From Paramoeba atlantica (taxonomy: Eukaryota > Protista > Discosea), in NCBI GenBank assembly GCA_977017575.1, contig CDRNVI010000089.1, positions 1 through 64,000 of the forward strand: DNA of 64,000 nt, written 5' to 3'. A program made the position numbers and the translations under genes. The notes under the pieces were generated by a model. The model was not told the origin of the DNA. It did not search any database and worked only from the letters and a program-made list of their open reading frames with translations. Numbering within the stretch: position 1 is the first letter of the stretch; each line of letters opens with the position of its first letter. This document shows, piece after piece, positions 1 to 17,316 of the stretch.

Positions 1-1500
1 ACCGTAGCACGAATGGTTTCACGATAAGCAACTTGCGGGCTTACCAACATTGGCTTCCACACTAAATTCACGCTTCATCCGGTCAACAATGATTTCTAAA
101 TGTAATTCACCCATACCGGCAATAATGGTCTGCCCAGATTCTTCATCGGTACTCACTTGAAATGACGGATCTTCAGCGGCTAACTTACCTAGTGCAATCC
201 CCATTTTTTCTTGATCAGCTTTGGTTTTAGGTTCAACCGCAACAAAGATAACCGGCTCTGGGAATTCCATGCGCTCTAAGGTGATTACATTGTTTAGACT
301 ACATAAGGTATCACCGGTAGTTGTTTGTTTCAAACCAATCGCAGCTGCAATATCACCTGCGCGTACTTCTTTAATTTCTTCACGTGAATTTGAATGCATT
401 TGTAAAATACGTCCAATGCGCTCACGCTTGCTTTTCACTGGGTTATATAATGTGTCGCCTGAACGCAATACACCGGAATACACTCGGAAATAGGTTAGCG
501 TCCCTACAAATGGGTCAGTTGCAATCTTAAATGCCAATGCAGCAAACGGTTCATTATCATCAGATTTACGCACCGCTTTGGTTTCGTTAGCATCATCTAA
601 GATGCCTTCAATCGGTGGCACATCGACTGGAGATGGGCAGTATTCTATAACTGCATCTAATAAGGTTTGCACCCCTTTATTTTTAAAGGCAGAACCACAC
701 AACATTGGGATAATTTCATTGGCAATCATCCGTTGACGAATGGCTTGTTTAATTTCATCAATGTCTAAATCACCATTTTCAAGGTATTTATCCATTAGCG
801 CTTCATTTGCTTCTGCAGCAATCTCAACTAATTTTTCATGCCATTCATTCGCTTGCGCTTGTAAGTTCTCTGGGATGTCACGTAATTCAAACTTCATCCC
901 TTTGGATGAATCATCCCAATAAATCGCTTTCATGCATACTAAATCAATTACACCTTCAAAGTTATCTTCTGCACCGATGGGCATTTGCATCGGTACCGGT
1001 ACCGCAGCTAAGCGTTCTTTAACTTGGTTGACCACTCGGAAAAAGTCTGCACCAGCACGATCCATTTTATTCACAAATACCATGCGTGGCACTGTATACT
1101 TATTCGCTTGACGCCATACAGTTTCAGTTTGTGGTTCAACACCACCGACAGCACATAACACGGCAACTGCACTATCTAATACGCGTAATGAGCGTTCCAC
1201 TTCAATGGTAAAGTCAACGTGTCCAGGGGTATCAATAATATTGACCCGATGTTGTTCAAACTGGCCTTCCATCCCCGACCAATAACAGCGAGTCGCTGCT
1301 GAGGTAATCGTGATCCCGCGCTCTTGTTCTTGCTCCATCCAATCCATGACCGCCGCACCATCATGCACTTCACCAATCTTGTGTGACACACCGGTGTAGT
1401 ACAACACACGTTCTGTAGTCGTGGTTTTACCAGCATCAATATGTGCCATGATCCCGATATTACGGTAACGATCGATGGGGGTTGTTCTAGCTGTACTCAC
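1..1500 (-). CDS. fusA: Elongation factor G, N-terminal ~500 aa (runs off the left edge); apparent +1 homopolymer frameshift at GGG 37-39
   Basis: [34 protein letters not shown] and NKMD GTPase motifs; follows rpsG. Removing one G restores the conserved [11 protein letters not shown]. Confidence 0.98.
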
Positions 1501-1525
1501 AATGAGACTTCCTTATTAATTATCT

Positions 1526-2059
1526 TTACCAACGGTAATGGGCAAATGCACGGTTAGCCTCAGCCATCCGGTGCATATCTTCACGTTTTTTAATTGCAGT
1601 GCCACGATTGTCTGACGCATCTAACAATTCAGCTGCTAAGCGACTTGCCATGGTTTTTTCACTGCTGCGTTTTTTTGCTGCTTCGACTAACCAACGCATT
1701 GCTAAGGTTAAACTGCGCTCAGCACGCACTTCCATTGGTACTTGATACGTTGAGCCACCAACACGACGTGATTTGACTTCTGCTTGCGGTTGCACATTGG
1801 AAATGGCTTGCTTAATGACTTCAATGGCACGTTGCTGAATACCAGTGGCACCACTACTGCCATCATCATTATCCGCTTTAGCCGCCGCTGCTCCACCTGT
1901 TTTTTCAGCAATGATGTCAATGCTGTCATAAATAATCTTTTCAGCAACTGACTTTTTGCCATCATTCATAATGTGGTTAATAAACTTAGCCAATAAATCA
2001 CTGCCAAATAACGGATCTGGCAAGATCTGACGTTTTGGTGCTTGCTTTCTTCTTGGCAT
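1526..2059 (-). CDS. rpsG: 30S ribosomal protein S7 with a ~20-aa Gly/Ala/Asp-rich insertion
   Basis: MPRRK...[16 protein letters not shown] and [15 protein letters not shown]; lies between rpsL and fusA. Confidence 0.98.
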   Translation of the reverse strand: MPRRKQAPKRQILPDPLFGSDLLAKFINHIMNDGKKSVAEKIIYDSIDIIAEKTGGAAAAKADNDDGSSGATGIQQRAIEVIKQAISNVQPQAEVKSRRVGGSTYQVPMEVRAERSLTLAMRWLVEAAKKRSSEKTMASRLAAELLDASDNRGTAIKKREDMHRMAEANRAFAHYRW

Positions 2060-2108
2060 ATGTCATCTCTTCCTAACACTCGTACTGTTATGTAGCGAGT
2101 AATTTTGT

Positions 2109-2483
2109 TTATTCTTTCGGCTTTTTCGTTCCGTACTTAGAACGTCCACGCCGTCTGTCGGCAACGCCGGAGGTATCCAAGCTACCGCGCACAGTGTGAT
2201 AACGCACACCTGGTAAATCTTTTACACGCCCCCCACGGATCAACACCACAGAGTGCTCTTGCAAGTTATGCCCTTCCCCACCGATGTAAGTGGTTACTTC
2301 CATCGCATTGGTTAAGCGCACCCGCGCTACTTTACGCAACGCTGAATTTGGCTTTTTCGGGGTTGTCGTATACACCCGAGTACATACCCCACGTTTTTGT
2401 GGGCATTGGTTCAACGCCGGCACATTGGTCACCTTATTGACGGCCTTGCGCCCTTTGCGAACCAGCTGATTAATCGTTGGCAT
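2109..2483 (-). CDS. rpsL: 30S ribosomal protein S12
   Basis: [23 protein letters not shown] and [10 protein letters not shown]. Confidence 0.99.
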   Translation of the reverse strand: MPTINQLVRKGRKAVNKVTNVPALNQCPQKRGVCTRVYTTTPKKPNSALRKVARVRLTNAMEVTTYIGGEGHNLQEHSVVLIRGGRVKDLPGVRYHTVRGSLDTSGVADRRRGRSKYGTKKPKE

Positions 2484-2548
2484 AACCTATTGTTGCCCCT
2501 ATTAAAAAGTAAATAAACCGCACTGCAGCCAAAACCACAGGAGGCGCG

Positions 2549-2577
2549 ATTCTAAATAGCCTACTAATCAATGTCAA
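2549..2577 (-). promoter_or_regulatory. sigma70 promoter of the str operon
   Basis: Minus strand reads TTGACA-17 bp-TAGAAT followed by a GC-rich discriminator CGCGCC, ~65 bp upstream of rpsL. Confidence 0.8.
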
Positions 2578-2620
2578 GCAAGTGTGCCAATGCCTTGCAA
2601 GACCGACTGATATACTGCCT

Positions 2621-6937
<4,317 letters not shown>

Positions 6938-6972
6938 TTAGTTACTGTTAAACACTTTACACATGAATAAAT

Positions 6973-9900
6973 TTATTCGCCGTCTAACTCAATATCGATC
7001 CCCAGCGAACGGATCTCTTTCACCAACACGTTAAATGATTCCGGCATACCCGGATCCATACGGTGATCACTGTCAACAATATTTTTATACATCTTGGTAC
7101 GTCCGCTAACATCATCGGATTTAACCGTTAACATTTCTTGCAAGGTATACGAAGCACCGTATGCTTCTAATGCCCATACCTCCATTTCACCGAAACGTTG
7201 ACCACCAAATTGTGCTTTACCACCTAGCGGTTGTTGAGTCACAAGGCTATATGAACCGGTAGAACGTGCGTGCATTTTGTCATCGATCAAGTGATTTAAT
7301 TTCAGCATGTACATATAACCAACCGTTGTTGGTCGTTCAAACGGATTACCAGTACGGCCATCATATAATTGTGTCTGTCCATTTTGAGGTAAGTCTGCCA
7401 ATTCAAGCATGGATTTAATTTCCGCTTCACTGGCACCATCAAATACCGGTGTTGCCATTGGTACGCCTTGACGCAAATTGCGACATAACGCAATGATTTC
7501 TGCATCGCTTAACGTATCTAAATCCGCTTTTTTACAGCCATGACTGTGATAAATCTTCCCTAAGAAACTACGCAAGTTTGCCACTGACTCTTGCTGTTCC
7601 AACATGTTCGCGATTTTGTGTCCAAGCCCTTTAGCTGCCCATCCTAAATGGGTTTCTAATACTTGCCCGACGTTCATCCGTGACGGCACCCCTAATGGAT
7701 TGAGCACGATATCAACCGGTGTACCATCTTCGAGATATGGCATATCTTCAACAGGCACAATGGTAGAGATCACCCCTTTATTACCGTGACGTCCTGCCAT
7801 TTTATCCCCTGGTTGGATGCGGCGTTTCACCGCTAAATATACTTTTGCGATTTTTAACACACCCGGTGCCAAATCATCGCCTTGGGTTAGCTTCTTACGT
7901 TTTGCTGCAAACTTTTCATCAAACTCTTGTTTAAATTGCGCTAATTGTTTGCCTGCTTGCTCTAATTGTTGGTTTGCTTTGTCATCACCTAAACGAATAT
8001 CAAACCATTTTTCACGGGTAATACTATCTAAATACGTTTGCGTGATCTTATCACCTTTTTTCAAACCTTCCGGACCACCATTAGCCACTTTATTCAGTAA
8101 CAAACGACTGACCCTGGCATACACATCATCTTCACAAATACGCAATTCATCGCCAAAGTCTTTACGCGCCTTTTCAACTTCCATTTCTTCAATTTCTAAT
8201 GCGCGCGCATCTTTTTCCACACCATCACGCGTAAACACTTGCACATCTAGCACGGTGCCTGACATGCCAGTTGGCACACGCAATGAGGTATCTTTCACAT
8301 CAGATGCTTTCTCGCCGAAAATAGCACGCAATAATTTTTCTTCTGGGGTTAATTGGGTTTCTCCTTTTGGTGTCACCTTCCCAACTAAAATATCACCTGC
8401 ATTAACTTCAGCACCAACATACACAATCCCTGAATTATCCAATTTACCCAATGCACTTTCACCTACATTTGGAATATCAGACGTAACTTCTTCTGATCCC
8501 AATTTGGTATCACGCGCAATACAAGATAATTCTTCGATGTGAATGGTAGTAAAGCGATCTTCTTCAACTAAGCGTTCTGAAATCAGAATTGAATCTTCAA
8601 AGTTGTAACCATTCCACGGCATAAATGCGACCAGTAAGTTTTGCCCTAAGGCTAACTCACCTAAATCAGTCGATGGACCGTCAGCTAACACATCGCCTTT
8701 GGCAATCACATCACCTACATTCACTAACGGACGTTGGTTAACACAGGTGTTTTGATTAGAACGGGTATATTTAATCAAGTTATAAATATCAACACCTGCT
8801 TCGCCGGGTACCGTTTCACTGTCATTTACACGCACTACAATCCGTGCTGCATCGACTAAATCAACTACACCACCACGACGCGCTACCGCAGTTACCCCTG
8901 AATCTCTGGCAACGGTTAATTCCATTCCGGTTCCAACTAATGGTTTTTCTGCACGTAAGGTAGGTACCGCTTGACGTTGCATGTTTGATCCCATTAATGC
9001 ACGGTTAGCATCGTCGTGCTCTAAGAATGGGATCAATGACGCCGCTACCGACACAATCTGTTTTGGTGACACATCCATGAATTGCACTTTATCTGCAATG
9101 GTTAAACTAAATTCATTGCGATAACGACATGCGACTAAGTCATCAACCAAATTAAGTTTGTCATCCAACGTTGCATTCGCCTGAGCAATCACGTATTCGC
9201 CTTCTTCAATTGCCGACAAAAACACAATGTCATCGGTTACTTTGTTTTTAACAACTTTACGATAAGGACTTTCTAAAAAACCAAACTCGTTGGTGCGCGC
9301 ATACACAGCTAATGAATTAATCAAACCAATGTTTGGTCCTTCAGGTGTTTCAATCGGGCATACTCGACCATAATGTGTGGTATGTACGTCACGTACTTCA
9401 AAGCCAGCACGTTCGCGGGTTAATCCACCAGGACCTAATGCAGAAATCCGACGTTTATGGGTAACCTCAGACAATGGATTGTTTTGATCCATAAATTGTG
9501 ACAATTGGCTAGAGCCAAAAAACTCTTTAATCGCTGCTGATACTGGTTTTGCATTAATTAAATCTTGCGGCATTAAGTTTTCAGACTCAGCTAAACTTAA
9601 ACGCTCTTTAACTGCACGTTCAACCCGAATCAAACCAACACGAAATTGATTTTCTGTCATTTCACCAACACTGCGAACACGACGGTTACCTAAGTGATCG
9701 ATATCATCAACTTCGCCTAATCCATCACGAATGTTGATCAACACACGTAACACATCAACAACATCATCGTTGCCCAACACACCCGAACCAATTAATTCAT
9801 CACGGCCTAAACGACGATTAAACTTCATCCGACCGACTGCAGATAAATCGTAACGATCTGCGGAAAAGAATAAATTGTTAAATAACCCTTCTGCTGCATC

Positions 9901-11040
9901 TTTAGTCGGCGGCTCACCAGGACGCATCATCCGATAAATTTCAACAAGGGCTTCTAATTGACTACTGGTTGGATCAATACGTAAGGTATCGGAAATATAC
10001 GAACCTTTATCTAACTCATTGGTATAAATCGTATGAATTTCAGTAGCACCGGCTTTAACTAATGCTTGATATAATTCTTCAGTCATTTCACTATTGGCTT
10101 CAGCAACCACTTCACCAGTTTCATCATCGATGATTGCTCCTGCCAACACTTTGCCAACCAAATAGTCTAATGGCACTTGTAATGCTTTTACTTTGCGTTT
10201 TTCTAATTCACGCACGTGACGCGCGGTGATCCGACGCCCTTCTTCAACAATAACCTCACCTTTGTTATCCAACACGTTAAATTGGGCAATCTCGCCACGG
10301 ATCCTGTCAGGAATTAAATCCATCATGATCGTATCTTTCTTGAAACGATAGGTCGTCGTATCAAAAAACATTGCTAATATTTCTTCCGTGCTATACCCCA
10401 ATGAACGTAGTAAAATTGTTGCCGGTAATTTACGACGACGATCAATACGCACAAACACACAATCTTTTGGATCAAATTCAAAATCTAGCCAAGAACCACG
10501 GTAAGGGATCACCCGTGCAGAATAGAGTAATTTACCTGACGAATGCGTTTTGCCGCGATCGTGATCGAAGAATACACCAGGTGAACGATGTAACTGTGAC
10601 ACAACAACCCGTTCAGTTCCATTAATTACAAATGTGCCATTTTCAGTCATCAATGGCATCTCACCCATATACACTTCTTGTTCTTTAACATCTTTAATAG
10701 ATTTGTCTGATGATTCTTTATCGTAAATGACTAAACGTACTTTTACTCGCAGCGGTGCTGCATAGGTTAGACCACGCAAACGACATTCACGCACATCAAA
10801 AGCCACTTCACCAAGTGAATACTGAACGTAATGTAATTCAGCTGTGCCTGAATAACTAGCAATCGGAAATACACTTTTAAACGCTGCATCCAAACCGATA
10901 TCAGTAGATTTAGAATACAAAAATTGATGGTAAGAATTTAATTGAATATTCAATAAATAAGGTGCATCCATCCGCAATGCAAACGGTTGCTTACCAAAGT
11001 CTTTGCGGATGCGTTTTTTCTCAGTGTAGGAGTATTCCAT
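6973..11040 (-). CDS. rpoB: RNA polymerase beta subunit
   Basis: 1355 aa; rifampicin cluster [37 protein letters not shown] and [16 protein letters not shown]. Confidence 0.99.
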   Translation of the reverse strand: MEYSYTEKKRIRKDFGKQPFALRMDAPYLLNIQLNSYHQFLYSKSTDIGLDAAFKSVFPIASYSGTAELHYVQYSLGEVAFDVRECRLRGLTYAAPLRVKVRLVIYDKESSDKSIKDVKEQEVYMGEMPLMTENGTFVINGTERVVVSQLHRSPGVFFDHDRGKTHSSGKLLYSARVIPYRGSWLDFEFDPKDCVFVRIDRRRKLPATILLRSLGYSTEEILAMFFDTTTYRFKKDTIMMDLIPDRIRGEIAQFNVLDNKGEVIVEEGRRITARHVRELEKRKVKALQVPLDYLVGKVLAGAIIDDETGEVVAEANSEMTEELYQALVKAGATEIHTIYTNELDKGSYISDTLRIDPTSSQLEALVEIYRMMRPGEPPTKDAAEGLFNNLFFSADRYDLSAVGRMKFNRRLGRDELIGSGVLGNDDVVDVLRVLINIRDGLGEVDDIDHLGNRRVRSVGEMTENQFRVGLIRVERAVKERLSLAESENLMPQDLINAKPVSAAIKEFFGSSQLSQFMDQNNPLSEVTHKRRISALGPGGLTRERAGFEVRDVHTTHYGRVCPIETPEGPNIGLINSLAVYARTNEFGFLESPYRKVVKNKVTDDIVFLSAIEEGEYVIAQANATLDDKLNLVDDLVACRYRNEFSLTIADKVQFMDVSPKQIVSVAASLIPFLEHDDANRALMGSNMQRQAVPTLRAEKPLVGTGMELTVARDSGVTAVARRGGVVDLVDAARIVVRVNDSETVPGEAGVDIYNLIKYTRSNQNTCVNQRPLVNVGDVIAKGDVLADGPSTDLGELALGQNLLVAFMPWNGYNFEDSILISERLVEEDRFTTIHIEELSCIARDTKLGSEEVTSDIPNVGESALGKLDNSGIVYVGAEVNAGDILVGKVTPKGETQLTPEEKLLRAIFGEKASDVKDTSLRVPTGMSGTVLDVQVFTRDGVEKDARALEIEEMEVEKARKDFGDELRICEDDVYARVSRLLLNKVANGGPEGLKKGDKITQTYLDSITREKWFDIRLGDDKANQQLEQAGKQLAQFKQEFDEKFAAKRKKLTQGDDLAPGVLKIAKVYLAVKRRIQPGDKMAGRHGNKGVISTIVPVEDMPYLEDGTPVDIVLNPLGVPSRMNVGQVLETHLGWAAKGLGHKIANMLEQQESVANLRSFLGKIYHSHGCKKADLDTLSDAEIIALCRNLRQGVPMATPVFDGASEAEIKSMLELADLPQNGQTQLYDGRTGNPFERPTTVGYMYMLKLNHLIDDKMHARSTGSYSLVTQQPLGGKAQFGGQRFGEMEVWALEAYGASYTLQEMLTVKSDDVSGRTKMYKNIVDSDHRMDPGMPESFNVLVKEIRSLGIDIELDGE

Positions 11041-11088
11041 CAGTGTACCTCGATGTTTCTTACTTCAATCAATAAAATTCACAGCAAC

Positions 11089-11118
11089 AAATCCCAACAG
11101 CTAACGCTATTGGGATTT
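11089..11118 (-). terminator. Hairpin terminator/attenuator between rplL and rpoB
   Basis: Minus strand AAATCCCAATAGC-GTTA-GCTGTTGGGATTT: 13-bp stem with one G-U pair; U-tail is weak. Confidence 0.65.
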
Positions 11119-11158
11119 ATTCAATAAACACGATGCGATTAACTAACAATCGTCAAGG

Positions 11159-11533
11159 TTATTTAACCTCAACTTCTGCACCAGCTTCTTCAAGCTGCTT
11201 TTTTAGCTCATCAGATTCGTCTTTTGATACACCTTCTTTCAACGGTGATGGTGCACTTTCAACTAAGTCTTTCGCTTCTTTCAAACCAAGCCCAGTAATA
11301 CCGCGTACGGCTTTAATTACCGCTACTTTGTTGCTACCGAAACTTTTCAGAACAACGGTAAACTCGGTTTGCTCTTCAGCAGCAGCGTCACCACCCGCAG
11401 GTGCGGCAGCAACAGCAACCGGTGCAGCAGCAGTTACACCGAATTTTTCTTCCATGGCTTCAATTAACTCCACCACGTCCATTACACTCATATTTGCAAT
11501 GCTTTCTAAAATATCATCTTTGGAAACGGCCAT
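11159..11533 (-). CDS. rplL: 50S ribosomal protein L7/L12
   Basis: [21 protein letters not shown] and [12 protein letters not shown]. Confidence 0.99.
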   Translation of the reverse strand: MAVSKDDILESIANMSVMDVVELIEAMEEKFGVTAAAPVAVAAAPAGGDAAAEEQTEFTVVLKSFGSNKVAVIKAVRGITGLGLKEAKDLVESAPSPLKEGVSKDESDELKKQLEEAGAEVEVK

Positions 11534-11566
11534 TGTATTGACTCCTAACGTTTAAATTGATTTAAC

Positions 11567-12097
11567 TTAATTACTTGTTTGCTTTTGATCGCGAATTGCA
11601 GCTACCGTGCGCACCAACTTAGTATGTGGTGCTGCTAAGATACGAACAAACTTGCTGATCGGTGCTTGCATCACTGACATTAACTGACTAATTGCCTGCT
11701 CATATGTCGGTAATTTAGCTAACACATCGATGTCAGTTGCTGGTAACACTTTACCACTCACTGACAACATCTTAACTTCTAATGCATTGCACTCTTTAGC
11801 AAAATCTTTCAATAAGCGGGCAGATGCACCCGGATCATCAATAGAAAATGCCAACACCAATGGGCCAACTAACCCATCTTGCATGCACTCGAAATCCGTT
11901 CCTGTTACAGCACGCCGCGCTAACGTATTACGTACCACCCGCAAATACACACCATTAGTGCGTGCCGTTGCGCGCAGCTTTGTCATGTCGCTAACACTAA
12001 TACCACGGTAGTCTGCCGCCACAGCTGATAATGCTTTGGCAGCAACGTCTGCAACTTCAGCAACAATTGCTTTCTTATCTTCTAGCCTTAATGCCAC
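11567..12097 (-). CDS. rplJ: 50S ribosomal protein L10
   Basis: [25 protein letters not shown] and LAKLPT; GTG start with AGGAGGT Shine-Dalgarno just upstream. Confidence 0.98.
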   Translation of the reverse strand: MALRLEDKKAIVAEVADVAAKALSAVAADYRGISVSDMTKLRATARTNGVYLRVVRNTLARRAVTGTDFECMQDGLVGPLVLAFSIDDPGASARLLKDFAKECNALEVKMLSVSGKVLPATDIDVLAKLPTYEQAISQLMSVMQAPISKFVRILAAPHTKLVRTVAAIRDQKQTSN

Positions 12098-12157
12098 TGA
12101 GGTTACCTCCTATTTGAAAGTTTTTAGAAAAAAAATAAAGTAACTTTAAAGTACATT

Positions 12158-12323
12158 CTTGAAAGTTTTAAAGTTTCCGCGAACCCTGATCAAAAGAATA
12201 TATCCAAGTGCGCAAAAGACTGAAATGAACATCATCGTTGTTGATGTTCCATCAGAAGAAAATATTGCCGATATTGATACGCGGCCAAATCGGAAAGCGG
12301 AAAATAAGGAGGAAAAAAACTAG
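12158..12323 (+). mobile_element. Remnant of a DIRS/TATE-type RNase H C-terminus
   Basis: Translates ...IKRIYPSAQKTEMNIIVVDVPSEENIADIDTRP, resembling the VPSxxNxADxxSR end of tyrosine-recombinase retroelement RNase H. Confidence 0.45.
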
Positions 12324-12575
12324 GGAACTGGCTTCATTACGGAGCGTGGAAGAGGCGAATCAATTTTGGAAAAATACAGGCAAGACCTACTGTCACCGAA
12401 ACAGCATAAAAAATTCGTGTGAAGAAACTCTTATTTTCCATTCCAGTCATTTTTGACACATTCGGATATTCTGGTTTATGTTAGCCTAATGCCGTGACCT
12501 AATGTTTTTATAGTGTAAATTTACATATGCGGCATAGATCGCCAGTTTAGGTTACAGTGTTGTATTCAATTACGA

Positions 12576-13500
12576 TATTGCGGTGGTTGTAAAACTACCG
12601 CTCTACCCTCGATTATTGCGATGGTTGTAAAACTACCGCTCTACACTCGATTATTGAAAAAAAAGTGAACAAAAACAGTGAAAATATAAAGGGGAACACA
12701 GTAATATAATAGAAGAAAAAAATATAAAAGGGGGCTCCGGTGGTCCAAAACTGAAAAAAAAATTGAAAAAAATGGGGGGTCCATGGGGGGGGTCCAGGGG
12801 GGGGGGGCATGGTCGAGCAAATTTTTTTGAAAAAATTAGTTTTCGAAAAAAAACCGCAGAAAGGGTAGCCGGGGTCTTGGCGCGCATTTTCCACCCCCCT
12901 ACCCGGGGGTGACCCCCCCGCGTATCCGCAGGACGGGTCCGCCAAGTTCGGATTTTTTCGGAAAAAAATTTTTGAAAAAAATTTCAACTTGGCGAAAAAA
13001 ATGGCAAAAAAAATATTTTTCCAAAATCGTTTCCCCTATTGTATTTTGATAGTTTGGGACCTACACTAGCTTTCTACGCAGTTGTTTTCGCAAGGTATCA
13101 CTTCTTCGAACTGTGGTGCGCCCCCCAAAATGACCCATTTTGACTAAAAAAGGTGAAAAAGTATTTTTCGGACCTAAAGGGGCATTTTTGTGTCGAAAGA
13201 ATGGTATGGTTGGAGTCGTATTCTCTACCCAATACGTTCGGTAGGCTTTCATTCATGCCTGCGAGTGATTTCCCACGCGCAAATGTCGGATTTAGTGCTC
13301 TGACAGCAAAAATACACGAAAATGACCCCATTTGTACCCGAAATTCGGCTATTTTTGGCTATAATCTTTCCGTTTTCCAGGCTAAATTTTCTTTTTTAGG
13401 CTCTTCGTTAAATGCGGCGGTAGTTTTCAACGCGAAGCGCGCAGCATGAGTGACTTCTAAGTTGAAAACAACCACCGCGTTTAACGAAGAGCCTAAAAAA
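12576..13500. mobile_element. Hairpin-terminated non-coding repeat, type A copy
   Basis: Starts ATTGCGGTGGTTGTAAAACTACCGC (duplicated as a 39-bp tandem) and ends in the 109-bp palindrome 13392-13500. Near-identical copies at 29730-30619 and 34491-35392 (reverse). Confidence 0.8.
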
Positions 13501-14258
13501 ACTGTTGGCAATCGGCTATTGTTGGCAAAAAAAGTTGCCAACAATAGACGAGCCCCCCCTTTCATCTAAAGTGTTGTATATCACCCTCCTTCCACCTACC
13601 CTCTCTCATTAATTTTTATTTCTTTTTTAGGCTCTTCGTTACGTAAGTACAACTATGTTTCGTACATTTTCATGTAGCATTTTAGTGTTGAACCTCCATT
13701 TTTTTCCCTAAGAAACCTAATTCGTGACGAAAAAACCTTTTAAATTGTTTTCATACGCTGTCTTCATGGTGGGTCCATGGGGGGGCACACGTCGCGAAAT
13801 TTTTTTCGAATTTTTTGCTTTTCAAAATCGAGCGCATGGAAGTGGTAGAGTAGGCCGTGTCGATAATTTTCCACCTCCCCCCCTTGGGGTAGTCCCCCCC
13901 CCCTGGTACGCTCAGGAGGGGTCCGACAAGGTCGAAATTTCCGAATTTTTTGAGGTGACCAAAAAATATATTTCTTTGACCCAAAAAAAGGCAAAAATAT
14001 TCTTTTTCCAAAATCGACTCCTAAAACGTATTTTAAGAGTTTTACACCTCAGCTACCATTCTACGACGTTTCTTTCGACAGATTCGCCTCCTGCCCCCAC
14101 TGGTAAGGCATCCAAAACGTCCCAAATTCGGGTTAAAATTTCGCAATTTTCGCATTAAAATCGAGGTTTTTCACCCAAAAAACTAGATTATTCATGATCT
14201 TTTGGCGATTTTTCTTTTTTAGGCTCTTCGTTAAACGCGGTGGTAGTTTTCAACGCGA
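12620..14258. repeat. ~1.65-kb segment, inverted near-identical copy of 33733-35392
   Basis: Same order of sub-blocks and junctions in reverse complement; ORF-track translations at 13153+ and 34542- are identical. Confidence 0.9.
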
Positions 14259-14269
14259 CGCTGGCGCTA

Positions 14270-14480
14270 CCCCCGCTAAATAGGGGGGGAAGGTGGTAGT
14301 TGTGGGGTATGGGGGCCTCTCGCAACTCCGGGGCCTCACCGGGAGCAGAGACGAGTGTTCACTATTTCTTGAAAACACCTTTAATTTCCAAATAATGCAT
14401 TATGAATGTGCTATATGCATTATCAATGTGCTATATGCATTATCAATGTGCAGTAACTATGCATTATCATTGTGCGAGTG
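14270..14480. repeat. 75-bp dispersed repeat (copy at 41119-41192) followed by a ~20-bp tandem array (ATGCATTATCAATGTGCTAT)
   Basis: CCCGCTAAATAGGGGGGGAAGGTGGTAGTTGTGGGGTATGG...GGCCTCACCGG present at both loci. Confidence 0.75.
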
Positions 14481-14520
14481 GGAGGTCAATAAGAGGGAGA
14501 GTAATGTATCGTTACCCAGG

Positions 14521-16242
14521 TTACATCCTAAACACACCAAAAGAACTTGGTTCTGTTATTGAACACTGTGTGGCCTGTAAAGAAAGACCAAGTACCTCGC
14601 GTGTTTGCAAAGGGTCGATTACACCATCATCCCAAAGTCTTGCACTACTGTAGTAACAACTACTCTCCGTTCTATATTTATTTTCGAGTTCGATTGCGCG
14701 CTTTTTTAGTGCCGATTTGTCTTCGACGTTTCTCCCGACCGAGGATAAAACATTGGAGGCCTGCACGCCACCCATAACGGACGTGCGAGCGGTAGGCCAC
14801 AAGAAGAGAAAACGAGGATCGAAAGCACGGCCACACATGCCATAATTTCCTGCTCCGTGAGAACCTCCTATTATAAGTGTAATTTTTGGCACCCTTGCGT
14901 TGGCAACAGCATGTACAAGTTTAGAGCCGTGCTTAGCGATACCAGCGTGCTCGTGCTCTGCTCCGACCATAAATCCAGTGATATTTTGAATGAAAAGAAG
15001 AGGTGTGTTGCGAAGTGCGCATAGTTGAACGAAATGGGTTGCTTTTAAGGAACTTTCGGAGAAAAGTACTCCATTATTAGCAATAATACCTATGGTATGA
15101 CCATAGAGTTCTCCAAAGCCACATACTACGTTTTCACCATAAAGCTTTTTAAATTCATCGAACCTACTGCCATCTAGTACCCTTGCGAGAACCGTCCTAA
15201 CATCGAATGATTTAGCTAAATGGGAACTCAATTCGGGCAGTACGCCATAAATTTCAGAGGCAGGATAGATTGGTGAATTAGAGGTAGATTTGTGAATTGA
15301 AAACGGTTGTTGAGTATGATCGGTTTTAGAAATTGATCCCACGGAGCAACGTGTGAGATAGCAGGCGTGAGCGTCACTTTCCGCCATGTGATCAGCGACT
15401 CCACTGCGTTGACAGTGGACTTCTGCACCTCCCAAATATTCGGCCGAAACTTTCTCTCCTGTGGCAGCCTGGACGAGCGGAGGACCTCCCAAAAATAGGG
15501 TGCTCTGTTCCCGAACCATGATGACTTCGTCCGACATGCAAGGAACATAGGCTCCACCAGCGGTGCAGGAGCCCATCACCGCTGCAATCTGAGGAATTCC
15601 CTTTGAAGAGAGTCTCGCTTGGTTATAAAAGATGCGGCCGAAATGCTGCTCATCGGGAAAAATTTCAGACTGCATATTCAAGTTCGCACCACCACTGTCA
15701 ACCAAATAAATGCAAGGGAGTCGATTCTGTAATGCAATCTTCTGGGCACGAAGATGCTTTTTTACAGTAATTGGATAGTACACACCCCCTTTAACTGTCG
15801 CGTCGTTTGCAACAATCATGCATTTCACGCCGCGTATGCTACCAATACCAGTAATAAGACCTCCACATGGACATAAATCAGGGGAATAGAGCTCGTGCCC
15901 GGCAAGCTGAGAAAACTCTAGAAAATCACTTGCGGGATCCAAAAGAAGGTTGATACGATCGCGAACAAAAAGCTTGCCACGAGATTGATGTAGGTTTCTG
16001 GACTTTATGCCACCTCCCTGTGAGGTTTCTGAAACTAATGTTTTTAATTTAGCTACGAGTTTGGTCATACGTGCAGTATTTTGAGAAAACTCTTCAGAAC
16101 GTGTATTCGCGCCACTTACAAGAATATTATTGAACCCGCCTTCAAGAATTGTTAGGCATCTTAAAGTCTGTATCACAAGCCGATGTGTTCCAAAGCTAAT
16201 CTTAGCAGAAGGAACGGCCTTTAAAGAAATTAGACGTTGCAT
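14521..16242 (-). CDS. MCCC2: 3-methylcrotonyl-CoA carboxylase beta (carboxyltransferase) subunit, mitochondrial, intronless
   Basis: [54 protein letters not shown] and terminal FGVFRM; N-terminal presequence-like extension. Confidence 0.93.
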   Translation of the reverse strand: MQRLISLKAVPSAKISFGTHRLVIQTLRCLTILEGGFNNILVSGANTRSEEFSQNTARMTKLVAKLKTLVSETSQGGGIKSRNLHQSRGKLFVRDRINLLLDPASDFLEFSQLAGHELYSPDLCPCGGLITGIGSIRGVKCMIVANDATVKGGVYYPITVKKHLRAQKIALQNRLPCIYLVDSGGANLNMQSEIFPDEQHFGRIFYNQARLSSKGIPQIAAVMGSCTAGGAYVPCMSDEVIMVREQSTLFLGGPPLVQAATGEKVSAEYLGGAEVHCQRSGVADHMAESDAHACYLTRCSVGSISKTDHTQQPFSIHKSTSNSPIYPASEIYGVLPELSSHLAKSFDVRTVLARVLDGSRFDEFKKLYGENVVCGFGELYGHTIGIIANNGVLFSESSLKATHFVQLCALRNTPLLFIQNITGFMVGAEHEHAGIAKHGSKLVHAVANARVPKITLIIGGSHGAGNYGMCGRAFDPRFLFLWPTARTSVMGGVQASNVLSSVGRNVEDKSALKKRAIELENKYRTESSCYYSSARLWDDGVIDPLQTREVLGLSLQATQCSITEPSSFGVFRM

Positions 16243-16330
16243 TTCACACAGTTCGCGTTATAGGTAAAGTTATAGGTAAAGCTTTCAAGACAAATAAAAT
16301 GTGCGATTTGAAATCAGTATTAAGGAACTA

Positions 16331-16986
16331 CTCCCCCCTCCATTAATTTCTATAAATATAAATTATAACAAAAAAACAAATTTATATTTATATTTATAGA
16401 AATTAATGAAGTGGGGTGTTCTCGTTGGTCGGTTACTTTGGTGGGTGGACGTAACATACTTTTGTGGGCCTCCCGGGTGCGGGATACTCTCAGGATTTCG
16501 CCATGGATGCAGGCGGACCGATTGAATCATTGAAAAGAAATCTATAAATAATGCAAAAAAAGATGCTGTACTGAGTATTAAAGCATACGTAGCATAATTT
16601 GTTTCGTGCAATCAATTTACTTTCAAGCTTGAAGTATAGCAAATAAAGAAAATGGTACCTAAAGAAAGAAAATGGTATACCTAAAGAGGATTTGCACGAC
16701 ACTAAGCAAAACCACAGAAAAACTTAGATACGACAAATATAAAACCGCTGCTGTGGACGAAAAGAATGTGCAGTGGTTATAATTTCAGAGTGCAAAAGGT
16801 TGATCAGCACTTTGCGGAGCGAAAGTTTCAGGAGCTTCGTCCTTGTCTTGATCCAAGATAGGCATAGTTCCGAAAAGAACTGTCGCAAAAGTTGACCTCC
16901 GAGCAAAAATATAAATTTTCACAAATCTATAAGTTTTTTCTAAAACAGTTCGGTAAGGCATTTATAGAAATTAATGAAGGGGGGAG
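16331..16986. mobile_element. TA-flanked MITE
   Basis: 27-bp TIR CTCCCCCCTCCATTAATTTCTATAAAT / ATTTATAGAAATTAATGAAGGGGGGAG (1 mismatch), TA on both sides. Confidence 0.85.
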
Positions 16987-17316
16987 TAAACGGCATTTCG
17001 GGACAACATACCCACCGATGTGTTATTCACCAGTAAAAGTCATAGAAGTGAAAAAACGCGATAAGTACAGTAAAGAAATAGAGTAGAGAAATACAGCAAA
17101 GAAAACAAACGAATAATGCTCTGTAAGGTTATGATTTACATGGGCCACCTCAAACAAGAAGTCGACATCACATGTTGTCTGTCTGAAAAACCAGGGGGGG
17201 GTATGCTATCGAACCTGGGTCACGATACCATACACCCACTGGCATGGTATCAGGTCACAGGTATGCTAAACTGGTCCCCCGTTTACCGGTGACGCATTTT
17301 ATAACAATAACATTTA

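Noticed and set aside
7817-8542. Long antisense ORFs over rpoB, rpoC, SPT16, Rae1 and RPL3
   Set aside because: These are shadow ORFs of real genes with no independent motifs.
13392-13500. Viral-type flip/flop terminal hairpins
   Set aside because: The loop orientation is fixed relative to the attached element in all eight full copies, so there is no flip/flop isomerism.
12613-14158. Recurrent short ORFs in the hairpin repeats (e.g. MKKYFSDLKGHF..., MKFFSKIFF...)
   Set aside because: They are low-complexity F/K/P/G translations of homopolymer-rich repeats, with alternative starts and frames that vary between copies.
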